A DNA stretch of 64,000 nucleotides from Microbotryum violaceum (GCA_001244265.2 CDLV01000011.1:496001-560000), one strand, 5' to 3'. Numbered from the stretch's first letter, positions 1 to 12,413 are shown. The notes: generated by a model from the sequence alone, not told the origin. A program made the numbers and translations.

Positions 1-102
1 TTCTCGATCATCCCTCCCCATTCTCCAACTTTTGTGAAACCCTCACTGAAATTCACTTCGTTTGCCACAATATAAACCAAGCAGGATCGTACCGATCATA
101 TC

Positions 103-384
103 ATGAAGCTCGTCCTCGGAACCTTCTTCCTCATCTCGATTTTGATTCTTACCGCAATCGTCTTCACCGAACTAGGACACGACATATGGCCCGACCGACC
201 TTCCTCAGCTCCTCTTCACCCCGTCTTAGGGGACATCCGGACTTCAGATGGCGGTCAAGACTCGGTTTTAGACGCGGTTGTGACGACGGATATAGAAGGG
301 GATCTCGTCGTCGTGCCTATCGAGCAAGGAGGCGCGGAGAATCGTTACGGCCGTAGACTAGGAGCGAGGTCGTGGAAGGGCTGA
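103..384 (+). CDS. Small orphan protein (93 aa) with N-terminal signal peptide/membrane anchor
   Basis: ATG ORF starting MKLVLGTFFLISILILTAIVF (hydrophobic), TATAAA at 71-76; no recognisable family. Confidence 0.5.
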   Translation: MKLVLGTFFLISILILTAIVFTELGHDIWPDRPSSAPLHPVLGDIRTSDGGQDSVLDAVVTTDIEGDLVVVPIEQGGAENRYGRRLGARSWKG

Positions 385-584
385 GGAGTAGCTGTAGTAG
401 TTGGTTTCGTTTAAGTTGTCCTTCGTCACTCATTCACCCTGCAGTTTTCGTACTTTATCGCATCACCTGTCGTTTGGCACAATAGGAAGGACTTGCAATC
501 CCAGTATACCCCTCGTTCTTTCGCTCTCAGGAAATTGTTTCGCGCCAGAGAGAGCTGCCCATTCCAATCAAAGTTTTGACCAAG

Positions 585-2055
585 CTACATCAGATCCGCA
601 GCCCTTTCCCTCGGCCTCGTCTCGCCCGTATTCCTACTCGCTTCATTGACCGCGGCGGTGATACCTCCCACCTCTTGCTCTGGCGCGTTCTTTGGGATCT
701 CGACGCGGTACTGCGCCAGACGCGCACGCTTCTCCTCGATCGAAACTTCGTTGTCGCCATAGACGAGCAGTGTCCCCGGCTTGAGCTCGACGGCCGACGA
801 CGGCAATCTTTCTTTGGGTTTCGGGATGGGGACCGCGGCGAGGGCAGGGTTGAAAGGTGGCGGCATCGGCATGCCTGGGGGTAAGGGCATGCCAGGTGGG
901 GGAGGCAAGAAGGGGGGAGCGGAGAAGCCGGGTGGGGGGAGGAACCCGGAAGGAGGGGCGACAAAGCCAGGGGGCGGTGCGGGGAGTCCAGGTGGGAAGC
1001 CGGGGAATCCAGGAGGTGGTAATGGTATTCCTGGCGGGGGTGGGATGAAGCCAGGTGGGGGCGCAGAGAAGTTCGGGGGCGGGCCGCCCGAGTAGTTGTG
1101 GGGCGGTTGGTGCTGAGGCGGCGGCGCTCCGTACGAGGGGCCATTGAAGAAGCCCTGCGGCATCATCGGTTGCCCATGCGGTTGCATTTGCATTTGAGGA
1201 GGTGGCCCCATGTACTGCCCCGGCATGGGAGGCAACGGTTGACCGGACATGAGGGCCTTGTGCTGGGCGAGTTGGGCTCGGATCTCGCTTGCGGACAAGG
1301 GTCGATGGTCGTATTTGGGCTTCTTTGACCGTTGTTGCTCGGCCGTGACACCCAGTTCCTCTTCTTGCTTTTTCTTCCACTCTGCGAGATCGGCGGCGGG
1401 GATACCTTCCATACCGTAGATTTCGACCTCGAAGGTGTCGCGACCCGGAAGCGCATTCTCGATCCTGCAGAGCGTGGGCGCCGAGGCCAGTCAGCTCGAT
1501 TGTATGGCATGCCGTATCGCAGCACACATTGCTCCAAGTAGAAGAATCCGTTCTGGCCCGCAGCGCCACATGGCAAAGGGATTGTGGAGATGGGGCGAGG
1601 GGAAGGGAGAAGCTCGAGGCACGTACTTGTCGGGCTGACCAAGCTTGTGCACTTGGTCGATATGGACCGTCAATCCACCGGCCGTGTTCAATCGACGAGG
1701 ACAGTGCGGGCATCTGCGTGTCACCATACCCCTCTTCAACGTCAGTATTCGTGCTCAGAAGGAGCGCAAGGTGGGACGGGATGGGATGAACGCACCGGAA
1801 ATGCTTGGACTTTTGGTGTAACAGCAGCACCTTGTCATCTTCAAAAGTACGATCACAGTACCAGCCTGTTGCATATGCCAAGGGCTGGGTCAGTGTGGTA
1901 CGATGTGAGTGCGGTCAAGCGTGCGACTGACACCACGACTGCGCCGTCGACCTGCAACAAAGACAAACACCTTGGTCAGCCATCACGCAGCTTGGAGGGT
2001 GGAACAAACTCCTCGCCTAGACTCACTTCTTGTTCTTTTTGCTCTTCTTGCCCAT
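585..2055 (-). CDS. ZNF207: BUB3-interacting C2H2 zinc-finger protein (ZNF207/BuGZ family), spliced
   Basis: Spliced MGKKSKKNKKSTAQSWCWYCDRTFEDDKVLLLHQKSKHFRCPHCPRRLNTAGGLTVHIDQVH; Pro-rich middle; GLEBS-like LVYGDNEVSIEEKRARL at C-terminus. Confidence 0.92.
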
Positions 2056-2327
2056 GTTCGGTCGGTCCTTTGTTCCAGGTCGAATCGAGGTGAGCTGAGC
2101 TAGAGCCGAGCCAGGGCCGGGGCTGCCCAGCCAGCGATGGTCATCGCTCGCGCACGTCAAATTGCGCTCGGACCCCCGAAAAGTCAACAATCTTAGGCCA
2201 ATGCATTCGTTGTGGTCCCGTTTCCGAGCAAGGCCAGCGGAGATCCGTCAAAAAAGAGTTGAATCGTATAGTGCGTAGTACAGTGACAAGGGTTCATATT
2301 AAACGAGTTTCGAGACTCGCCCTACAC

Positions 2328-4570
2328 TCAAGTCACGATTCGGAATACATCGACTTTCGGCTTCCCACCTGTCCTCCCTCGCTGGAGACCAACTAAGCCT
2401 GGCTGCTCTTCACCCCCACCCAACTCCTTCCCGGGCATCGCCTACTTCTTTTGCTTCTGCTTGGCAATCTCGGCCGGACTAGGCTTGTTCTTCATCACCG
2501 TCTTGCCATACTCCACCGCCTTGATCTTTTCCTTCTTCTTGATCGTCAGGCAACTGGGGAAAGTAAAGCAACACGAACCGACATCAGCGACGAAAATATT
2601 TCACCGCACTACCGAAAGCATAGCGTGCTCACTTCATGTCGTAAAAGGCGCAAATGTCACCAATGACTTCCCATACAAAGTGCGCATAGACCATGATCGC
2701 GAGCACGAGACCGCCGAGTACGGTCCACTTTGTCCTCTCGTGTGTGGTCTGCAAATAGGTCGTATATCGTGCATTCGTCAACCACGAAGCGTTGGCATCC
2801 ACGGCACCCACGAGTGCGATGATAATGAGCGGGTGCTTCCACGTCGCCGGAAATGCCGACGCGGTCAGATGCGACAGGATGAGCAGTTGCACATGGTGCG
2901 CAAACGAAATGCCCCAGAGGAACATGAGGGGGACCAAGAGCGTCGAGTGCAGAATATCCGCCTTCCTGCCCGTCAACCAGAAGATCATAATCGAGGTGTG
3001 GATGATGTAGGGACTGAGGCGCGACAAGGGCTTGAGCATGGACGCCGGCGTTCGCCCTTTCTTGGGCAACGATGCGTAAACGTTGCGAGCGGCCGACGCG
3101 ATGTTGAAAATGAGTCCGACAAGAGAGAAAACGATCTAATGGACAGGCGGCATCAAGTCAATTGCGTGGACGCTCACGCCAGTTGATCGCTTCTCCGACT
3201 CACGAAGCAGTCGTTCATGGGCAGATCCTTGAGCTTGAAGGGGATCGCCTTGATGATTGCGCTCGACTTGAGGCCAGTGACGGTCAAAATTCCTTGGTCC
3301 CAGTAGCTGGGGCCTGTGAGAGGAATGCAGGGACTGTCGATGAGCGGAAAGTAGGATATCTCGGTTCGACGCCGTGCGGCTCACCAACGAATCCAGTTGC
3401 GATGAACACGCCCACGACGAGGAGAATGCCCTCGACAGGTCCGGAGAAGGCAGACAAGAAGAGATTGCCCGTGTGGAACTCTTCCCAAGTTGTCAAGTAG
3501 AAATTGGCCGAGGTCGCGATCAGCGCGGCCACGGTCCACCAGTCGAGTCCAAGGTTGAGTGCCGAGGCGGTAAGAATAACGCCGAGCTGTCACGGTATGA
3601 GCACACGGGTCAGCTATGGAGCCTGAAAATATGGTTATCAGATGTAACTTACTGTTGTGTTGATCGCTGATGAAGGCACCAGCATGTGCGGGATTTTACA
3701 GCCTAGGGTTAGTTTCTGCGCAGATTTCCACCAGGCCACACATTCACATTCCTGCTCACCATCACAGCCATGATCGAAGAGCTGGAGACAGATGAAACTA
3801 ACATAATCAGCTTCATTTTGAGAGATATAAGTACCCTACAACATCAGCGCCAAGATGAAACGTACCTCTCCGAGCGGGCCACTGGTGCCGGTCCTCCGAG
3901 CCTGCTTGCCGTCGATCGCATCCAAGCTCTGGTACATGAACAAGCCCGCGGCAAAAGTCCAGTAGAGCCATCTCGGTGCGCAGTTGCCGGCCAGCTCATC
4001 GGCCTTGTCCACGACCGATCCGCCGAGCCCGAGCCAGCTCGCCCACCCTCGGAAGTGGTGTTGCTCGGTGAGTTTGGCCGGAGCGAGCAGAGGGTCCCAT
4101 GCACCGCCGAGCGAGACGTGCAGGGGCTTGGCGCCGCAGGAGAGCGTCGGATTGAAGTAGACCAACGACAGGAAGTTGGCAAAGACTAGTCCCAGACCCT
4201 TTGTACATCAACCACAGTCGAGGTCAGCCGAGCCGTTGGGCGATGCGACAGGAGGGAAGGCTGCGAAAGTGCGTATGCGTACGAGCAGTGTGATGGCATT
4301 GGGAGCCATGCTCTCGGGGAACAACGTGACGAGCCATGACCAGTACGGGTTAAGCACGTATTTCTGCAGAGAGATTGCGCTCGAGAGTCAGCTTGTGGGC
4401 GGCATACAGCGACTCATTGCGCGGTCCCCACGTCAAGTTGTCAAGTGGGGAGCGCGCCGTGGCTCCAGCGGCGTCGGCAAGGCGACCGGACTGACCGATG
4501 TCAACGACTTGTCGGTCGAGCTGTATTTGTATTTGAGCAACGCGGTCGGGTTGCGGATGTAGATACCCAT
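2328..4570 (-). CDS. CDP-alcohol phosphatidyltransferase (choline/ethanolamine phosphotransferase, CPT1/EPT1 family), spliced
   Basis: [49 protein letters not shown] signature, TTWEEFHTG. Confidence 0.93.
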
Positions 4571-4915
4571 CGCGGCTTGGACGATCGAGACGAGGATGAG
4601 AGAGCGTGAACGTGAACGTGCGAGAGGGAGGGTGAGGCCGGTGAGGAGGAGCGCGACAGAGTCGGCTACAAGTTTCGGTAAAACGTCATTGCACATTCAG
4701 CGAGCTCGCTTCCAAGGCGACTCAAGCTCGCCTGAGGGGCCAAGATTATCGGCGTTATTCACGCCCTTTTCATTTCTTCACTGCTTGGGGATGATCCATT
4801 TGCTTGTGATGCGACTGAGGTAATATGCATTCGACATCATATACTGCATTGCAAGGGTTCTAAGTTCGTGTACAGCTCCCTCATGATTCCGTCACTACGA
4901 CAGCCCCAACTGGTT

Positions 4916-7531
4916 TTAACCCGCGATCGATTCCTCGGTGGGAGGCGCCACATTAGGCACATTCAGAATGGCCGCCTCGGGGCGAGTGCTACCACGGGCC
5001 TCATCAAAAACTTCATCCAGCACGGGTTCGACGATGGCCGGATTGACCGGCGTTCCTTCGACGGGCATGGTCGCCATCTCATCGACCGGGGCCACCTGGC
5101 TATCCTGGCTCGTCGAGGCTTGGGGCACCGTCGCTTCCGGCTCGGCGTGGATGGGTCGTCGCCCTTCGATTCGAGCGATCAATCCCTCGGTCCTCTGGAC
5201 CGCATCGACTACACCAGCCACCCGTCTCTCCTTGGGCAAGATACGTTGCGCTGTAGCTTCACCATAGATGCCCACATCGAGACTACCTTCGATCCAGGGC
5301 ACGACCCATCGTCCGAACCAGGCAATGGAGGTGACGATTAACCGCTTCTCGTCCGCGCGCAGCGCCTTGATCTTGCGTTCGTCGTTCGACAGGTGCGCAT
5401 CGTCCTCTTCGCTATCGATTGAGTCGCGACCGGACGCAGCCGCACCATGGGACGAAGCGAGCCAAGCATCGGTGAAGGCCGCAAGCACTTGGGTCGCTCG
5501 GTCGAGTTCGCGCGCTTGCGCGACCCGCAACGACGGGTATAGCGCCAGAGGGGGGAGGAACCGCAGTGAGTTGAGTGCGTTCGAGTGTGCGTTAAGGAAG
5601 CGAGCCAAAGGCGGGAGGAGCGCGACCGCGTGTGGCGGTTGATGGTGGAACGTCGACGGCGCAACACCGGCGGGTAAGGCAGGCGGCATCGTCGTGGTGA
5701 ACACCTGCGTAAGGCCTTCGGGCACCGCTAGCCAGTCCGACATGGGTGCTCGTCCGCCCAGAAGAGAAGCTCGTCGAGCAAGCGATATGGCATGCGAGCC
5801 CGTCCCCTCCCATCCATCTCGCCACTCCTTCTCCCATGCCCGCCCAGCGGCTTCCCACTCGAGTACGACGATGCGTCCGACGCGTGCCTCGATGCGCTCG
5901 CGAAGTTGCTGCAGCTCCCGGAAGTCGAGACCGTATCGGGCGAACGAGTGCGAGCAGTAGGAGAGCTGGGTCAGTAGTCCTGCGAGATACGCGGTTGAGG
6001 TCAGGGAAGGGATAGCGCGAGCCAAGATGCCGGATAGCGAGGTCAGAGAGGACGTGGCGAACAAGGCCAACGAGGCAGCGGCGGGGAGCGTGCAATTAAG
6101 CGGGTTCGATGTCGATTCCGATCCGTTCGAGGCGGCCTGGTTCGAAAGCGCTGACGAAGAGAGGAATACGTCGGTGTACATGCCCAGTGTCTCGCCTACG
6201 ACTTCTCGCCATACGTCAATCCATTGTCGGGTCCACTTCATGCGTTCTTCGTTCTCCTCGGCGCTCGTCTGATTCGGCATGGCCTCTGGCGGCTCGCCTC
6301 CCGCATCGTCGATCTTGATCCCACTTGCCGCCATCTGTCCTTCCACCGCCTCGAGCTCACTGCGTAAGCATCGCCACCGCGCAGCGAGGAAGACGACACG
6401 CAGTGCATTCTCGTCGAGCTCTTGCGGTCCGTCCGAGCTATAAGCTTTGGGGTCGGAACCGCTCATGGCTCTGCTCCCGATCCGCCGCAGTGTGCCAATC
6501 CCTCGCACGGCGCCAGGCAGTTTAAGTCCTCTTTGGAGGAGCGAGTCAATGACTCGGGCACGCAGCGATAGCAGTGCGATGGCGACGTCGTCCCTGACCT
6601 TTTGCAGCAGCCGTAGCGCGCCATCGCCATCGCTTGTGGCTGTTGAAGTGAGGGCGGTCCCGTTGACCAGCACAGCCTTAGCGTTAGTAGATATGTATCG
6701 CTTGGACTCTTTCGAGGCCTTGAGGCGTGCGTGCAATTCCGATAGCCTCGCGGCGACGTCGATGGCTTCGCCCCAATAGCCTGCTCGGACGCAAGCCTCG
6801 ACGACGGCAGGTGCCTCGAGTAGCTCCTCGACCTCATCGATACGTTCCTGCACACGACTCGTACGGTCTCGTTTCCTCCTGACATCGTCGACGCGTTGTT
6901 CGAACGTCGCCGCGGCGGCTTCGAGTTCCGAGGTGCTTTCGAGCAGAGCCGTGAGCGAATCCGCGAGCGTGGTGAACGATTGAGAGATCGACTGGGTCGC
7001 CGAGTGAGTGAGCAGAAACGCAGAGTAGCGAGTGAACGCCAGAGACGATAGATCGGTATCGAGTGACTTGGACAGTGCGGCGAGCGTCGCTGGAAGTGAC
7101 TGCAGTGTCGACAGTGGCATCGCGAGCAGCGACGCGAGATACTCGTTCGACGACGGATCGCTGAGCAGCGCGACGGGGTTGTGATGGAGAGCATCAAACG
7201 GCGGTGATGTTGATGACGTCGTGGGCTTGGAAAAGGACGCTACAGGTGACACTCCCCCCGGTGGTTTGAGCGTTGTCGCGGAGGTGGAGGCGGTCGGGCC
7301 GGTGCCACGCGACGGCTCCGACTTGATCGCGTCGGTGCGCTCGAGGAGCGACTTCGCCGTCGACAACAGCAAGGTCGAAAGGGTAGGCAGTGGCTCGACA
7401 CTGTTCGTGTCTGTCGTTGCTCGTGCGTCGAGTTCCCCAAGCGAGGGTGAAGTCGACGCGAGCTGTGAGCCCACGGGCGACTCCTCGAGCCACGAGCCCA
7501 GCTGGGCACTCGTTGAGGCTACAGCAGCCAT
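4916..7531 (-). CDS. COG8: Conserved oligomeric Golgi complex subunit 8 (Dor1-like)
   Basis: ~870-aa ORF with LAFTRYSAFL, ELLEAPAVVEACVRAGYWGEA, LKLPGAVRGIGTLRR, LLTQLSYCSHSFARYGLDF, PPLARFLN; ATG follows a branch/acceptor (gctgac...ccaccag), so the true start could lie in an upstream exon. Confidence 0.85.
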   Translation of the reverse strand: MAAVASTSAQLGSWLEESPVGSQLASTSPSLGELDARATTDTNSVEPLPTLSTLLLSTAKSLLERTDAIKSEPSRGTGPTASTSATTLKPPGGVSPVASFSKPTTSSTSPPFDALHHNPVALLSDPSSNEYLASLLAMPLSTLQSLPATLAALSKSLDTDLSSLAFTRYSAFLLTHSATQSISQSFTTLADSLTALLESTSELEAAAATFEQRVDDVRRKRDRTSRVQERIDEVEELLEAPAVVEACVRAGYWGEAIDVAARLSELHARLKASKESKRYISTNAKAVLVNGTALTSTATSDGDGALRLLQKVRDDVAIALLSLRARVIDSLLQRGLKLPGAVRGIGTLRRIGSRAMSGSDPKAYSSDGPQELDENALRVVFLAARWRCLRSELEAVEGQMAASGIKIDDAGGEPPEAMPNQTSAEENEERMKWTRQWIDVWREVVGETLGMYTDVFLSSSALSNQAASNGSESTSNPLNCTLPAAASLALFATSSLTSLSGILARAIPSLTSTAYLAGLLTQLSYCSHSFARYGLDFRELQQLRERIEARVGRIVVLEWEAAGRAWEKEWRDGWEGTGSHAISLARRASLLGGRAPMSDWLAVPEGLTQVFTTTMPPALPAGVAPSTFHHQPPHAVALLPPLARFLNAHSNALNSLRFLPPLALYPSLRVAQARELDRATQVLAAFTDAWLASSHGAAASGRDSIDSEEDDAHLSNDERKIKALRADEKRLIVTSIAWFGRWVVPWIEGSLDVGIYGEATAQRILPKERRVAGVVDAVQRTEGLIARIEGRRPIHAEPEATVPQASTSQDSQVAPVDEMATMPVEGTPVNPAIVEPVLDEVFDEARGSTRPEAAILNVPNVAPPTEESIAG

Positions 7532-8256
7532 GCTGGTGGATGCAAGATCATACATACTATGTCAGCATGTGAGCTCCTGCTGGATTGCGTGCTCTGTGAA
7601 AGTATGGCTCACATCAACCGGGCTGGGCGGATTTGTCGACCTGAACGAAGCTTGCAGAGGCGTGCCTCCCGGTGCCTCCCCCACTACCGCGAGTTGGCTG
7701 CAAGAGCGCCTGGCCGCCAACACACGTACTCACAGGCGTGGCCTCTGTGCAGCCGGCGTCCGAGTCAGGCTGTGGACCGCGAACAGCTCCTGGCAGAATC
7801 GCGCCAGACACGTTCTATCATCAAAACATCGTCCAGAAGCTCTCAGAATGGACGAACATTCCAAACCGGCATAGAAATACCACCAAAGCAAAGTACAAGG
7901 AGGACGGAGGAAGAAGTCACTTTTCCGAGGAATCTTGACTGCTCGGCACTCACCCTCACTCTGTGAACATGTCCGCGAACCGGGCGCTCGATGTTGTCGA
8001 CTTTGGGGTCTGACCAAGCCTTCACTGCCCTGATTCGACCTCTAAATCGATTACAGTGTTCTGCAGCTCTGACGACACCAACGATTGGGCAGAAAGTGCT
8101 CGTATTGCGACAGAAGGAAGTGCTCCTGCGGGGAGGGTACATAACAAAGGCGATGAGGCACTGGAGCAATTGCAGAATCGATTGGGAGCAGAGGGCTGGG
8201 GGTGAAATATCGCAGCCCTGACACGAACCTACAATTATAAACAGTACATCGATACG

Positions 8257-9227
8257 CTAGTCACTGCAGGTCTCCTGCGAGCTCTGCGAGCCGCTACTAG
8301 TAGTATCTGTCTCTTGCGACTCGTATTCGGGGCCAGTAGGGAGGAGGGCCGGGATCCCCAGGATTTCGTCATCTGCTGGTAAGAAATTCAGCCTCGCATC
8401 AACGACGACGTCGAAGTCGACGGGAGTTCCCGGACCGTCGAAACGAATGCCGCGTACTTCCAATCATCAGTGAACGGTGAGACCCTGGGGTAAGTCAAGC
8501 ATTCCGGCGCGGTGCAGGATCCCCACCCCGAGCGACTTACTCTTGAGGTTCAACCTCGTCTACGAAGAATCCCGAGGGTCCAGGCGTTGCTTCCACGATC
8601 CCTTGGAAGTAGACCACACGATCCCGCCGAAACGATGGGAGCGCTCCCAGACGATGAAGCAGATTGTCGGATCGTCGAAGAGGGGGGGGCGGGCTCGGGG
8701 TGCTTCGAGTTGTAATACGAGATGAATTTGTTGCGCAGATGGTGAACGTCTGGTGCGCTCGAACGTGAGTTTAGTTTGAGTCAGAGTTAGAGCGTGCCGC
8801 AGCAGATGCAATGGGCAGATCACGGTCATTCATAGATGAGAACTCACAGAAGCCGGAGTATTTGACGATCCTCCAGTAATCGGACCAGACGCTGCGGTCT
8901 CCATGATAGAACTGCCACGGTTCTCGCCAGACTGCTCGTACATCTGGAGAGAAGATGTTCCAGCTCGACCGTTGCTCCAGCCAAATTCCGATCTGTAGGC
9001 AGCACTCTCGCAGTTCCTCGATGTAGGCCTCAAGCCGTCGCCACGTGTTGTCGGAGACGGCTTGCCAAATAACTTTATTCCGCCTCCTTGTAGTAGTGGA
9101 CTTCCGGCTGGTAGGCGGCAACATAGAAGAAGCGAAACATCGTATGGGAAAGGAAGTGCTCCCGTCGGTCGATCAGTACTCGCAGTGGGATGCCCTTGGA
9201 GCGGGTTGGAGCTGGCGGTTCGGGCAT
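8257..9227 (-). pseudogene. Disrupted copy 1 of a duplicated orphan gene (paralog at 15216-16528)
   Basis: Shares KGIPLRVLIDRREHF, LEQRSSWNIFSPDV, DYWRI.KYSG and DDEILGI.ALLPT with copy 2; 4-nt insertion at 9074-9077 creates TAA and a frameshift. Confidence 0.7.
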
Positions 9228-9961
9228 GGTTATGCTGATGGGCAGGGTGAGCGAGCATGGTCAATCGATGGTGGAGGTTGTAAGACGCACCTTGTGCTTG
9301 CTCAGTAACAAGGCTTTGGCCACTTCTTCCCTCGTCCCCTGATCAATTCGATACACCTCCAAGGAGCTGGTCAAGATCGTGAACGAGGTCTGCAGTGTCT
9401 TGACGAGGTGGTGGAAGAAAGGCTCGGTGGGTGTCCGGCTGGAGTGGCGTTTTGAGGTCAATGAGCAAATCAAAACTGCACCCAAGCAGACGAGAAGACG
9501 TGGGACGGACCTGCACAGCCAGTGGATGAGCACGAGCAAAGGGTTTAGCAGTGAAAGCGCCACCGGGTAGCGACATCAGACCAAGAATACACGAGGGAGA
9601 ATTCACATCTCCCAAGGCCGCCAGATTTACGTCATTTTTTGCATGAGAAACTACGAATCGCGGACTGTAATTTTTTACACCGGAAATACCACCCAGCATG
9701 CACGAAGGTGACTACAACCGTCGGCTTGCTGCGTGTAGTAGTAGCTAGTAGAACAGACCTGAATCCGTGGGTCACTTCACTGACCGGCGACTTGATAGTA
9801 CATAGCAAAGACCGCCCGGTTCATTGAGATCCAATTTGGGTACCACTCTCAAGATGCGCCCACTGTACTGGGCCGCAGCGCAACTCGCAGGTGCCGTCGG
9901 AGTGTGTGTTTAACATGTTTGCGAGCCCGCAGTGCAGACTCGAGTCGTTTGCCGGGCCACT

Positions 9962-11352
9962 AGGACCCCCGAAAGCCCGGACTGAGGCGCGTAGCGCCCG
10001 ACTGGACAAATTTGGGGCCTCAGATGGGCTAAAATCGCCAAGGCGCGTAGTCGGGGGTGGACAAATCATGGTGCGCCGGTGTGGGTGGGGTCCTAGGCCC
10101 GTAGGTTTCAGTGGACAAATCGGGACCCATTTCGGCCACGTTCGGCTTGGAAAGCCAAAGTTTGCCGACCCTCAAGAGCAGCGGGAGCGCGCGCGAAACA
10201 TTCCGGGCTGTACCGAATTCACAACAACGGCTCTAATTGATGGATATTTTGCACTTCCAACATTTATTCTTACAAATCTACAATTAATTTGATCGACTTG
10301 CTTTTAACCTTCGGTTTTCATGAATTATAACCTCTTGGCTAGTTGAACGAAGCGTTTGAAAATTTGAACGTTTGAGTGCGCGCGTCTCTTGCCTTCCCCG
10401 CCACGTCGCGTCGACGTCGTCTGTGCCATCATCGCCAATATCCTACATTCTCGGCACGGCTTGCTTTGACGAAACGTAGAGGTCCGGATATCGATCTCTT
10501 TGACGATGATTTTGAGCGAATGGCACCCCTCTTGGACGTGAGGGTGTCTGAGCTTTTCGCCTCCAGCTTTGACAAACCAGCCAATGCACCCGGATTCAGC
10601 TTAAACAGCTTTCATGGTCGACAGACGAGCCTCTCGAGTTTGAATCCCTTGCTAGGCCGCTCGATGCTTTGAGGGACAAGTTGAAGATCGTGGAGCAATC
10701 CTTGCGGCACGTAGGCAAGGCCACCCGTCTATCATTATCGGCTGCCTTTCGACGTCGAATCTGGCGGCATATGCATCACGCTGAGCGCATGCGTTCGGTT
10801 GTTCTCAGTAGCCAAGAGTTGGTGAAGTTATCCGCGTGTCGGCATCGAAGATCAACGTCCCTTCGTTAGAGCTCTGGAAGTGATGCCGTCACTGCTCGTT
10901 GAGGAGCAATTACCCCCCCCTCAATGAACCTGGGGGTTCGTAGATCTCACTGTAGCTAGCTTACTGCTTCGTAGAGTGACTGCAATCGATCTTACCTCTC
11001 GTGGTTCGTTACATGTATACTATGGCCACGTTAAATCATAGGCAAAGAGGCAGGCAGTAAGTGCAGGTGGGGAGCCCTCGGCGAAGCAGAACCAAAACGG
11101 CTGACGCGCGCGCGGGCTCCGCCGATTCGGCCCGAGCGAAAAACGTCCGGACGGCGTTTTCGCGATTTTTAAAGATGTTTTAGAGCATTTGAAGCAATTC
11201 TAGAGCTATTTTTTGAGGCGCGTAGATGGACTGGACATTTTGGGGACATTTTTGGGCCAAAATTCCAAAAAAATGGTGGACAAATGAGGTCCAAAATCGG
11301 CGATTTTCCCGGATTTTACCTACGCGCCTCAGGCTGGGCTTTCATGGGTCCT
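9962..11352. mobile_element. Non-autonomous TIR DNA transposon, 1391 bp, 8-bp TSD
   Basis: Left end AGGACCCCCGAAAGCCCGGACTGAGGCGCGTAG; right end reverse-complements to AGGACCCATGAAAGCCCAGCCTGAGGCGCGTAG; GGGCCACT at both 9954-9961 and 11353-11360; subterminal TGGACAAAT repeats. Confidence 0.85.
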
Positions 11353-12022
11353 GGGCCACTGCAGCGGCTGCCGGCGGTATGTCTCCGAGTGTATACATCT
11401 GCTCGTCATGGTCTCGTTACGTCTTGCAATGATCTTGCTTCTCGCTTCAATATCTATCAAATGAGTCACGCAAGTGCATACTTTACTACTACATCCGCTC
11501 GTCGTTCAGGTTCGAATTCGCGTAGCTCCTCCTGCCAATTGGTGTTCATCCGCAACGAGCCTCATGACGATACCTGTCGTATCCTGAAAACGTGGTGGGC
11601 TCGAATTGCTATGCGTTGTAGAGCGGTGCGCACTGCGATGGCGCTTGTTCTCGTATCAACTTGTCACCTCCACCGTGACGGGGTCACCATCACGGTAGGC
11701 CGGTGCCCAGTCATGTCCAATGGCCCGCCCTGCGGCCCAGGCTTCCTCCCCTCTTGCCTCCGCTTGCACACCCTGCAGCACTCCGCCGTCCGATGTCTTG
11801 CGTTTATGATTCCCCGTATCACAGCGACGTGATCAAAGCAATCCGACACCCAGTACTCCAGAACTTCTCGGCTACGCTCAGTTGAAACCATTCTTCACGA
11901 TTACAACGGTGATTCGTCAGCAGCGTGAGGTCGCAGTGTGGAGTATGCACCGCCCTCGCCAAGGCTGATGACGTCTGATCTGAATAATCATGCGGTTTCA
12001 GCCAGCACGATGTTTCACTGCG

Positions 12023-12413
12023 AGATGTGGTCGATCGTGCTCTTGTACACAACACTGTACGCCATCATGGAGGCTACCCGCTTCCTGTCCGGCGCAGTCC
12101 CTCTCCTCGTCGGTGTTGCTTCCGAAACCCATCTTCCATACGCTGTTATATCCCCAGTCCAACAACACTCAGCCTTGCGTTCCAAGACCGTACGAGTTCA
12201 GATGTGTTAGTGGTCTCTTCTCAATCCTGTGAGGTCAAACTCACTTGGTCTTGGACAATAAGACCGAGCGTTGTTGCACCGGCGATAACACAGCGTGGGG
12301 AAAATGGGTTGCGGAAGCAACACCGATGAGGAGAGGGACTGCGCCGGACAGGAAGCGGGTAGCCTCCATGGTGGCGTACAGTGTTGTGTACAAGAGCACG
12401 ATCGACCACATCT
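12023..12413. repeat. Foldback/MITE-like long inverted repeat (~165-bp arms, ~57-bp spacer)
   Basis: 12023-12189 is the reverse complement of 12247-12413; outer ~100 bp nearly identical, inner part more diverged. Confidence 0.85.

Noticed and set aside
643-1881. 412-aa minus ORF and Gly-rich plus ORFs
   Set aside because: Intron read-through and shadow frames of the spliced, Pro-rich ZNF207 gene
9711-9749. Possible Helitron 3' end (short stem followed by CTAG-T)
   Set aside because: Stem is only 6 bp and AT-rich, and it lies upstream of the Helitron relic
9958-9962. CACTA motif suggesting an EnSpm terminus
   Set aside because: No matching TAGTG at the right end; the 8-bp TSD explains the boundaries better
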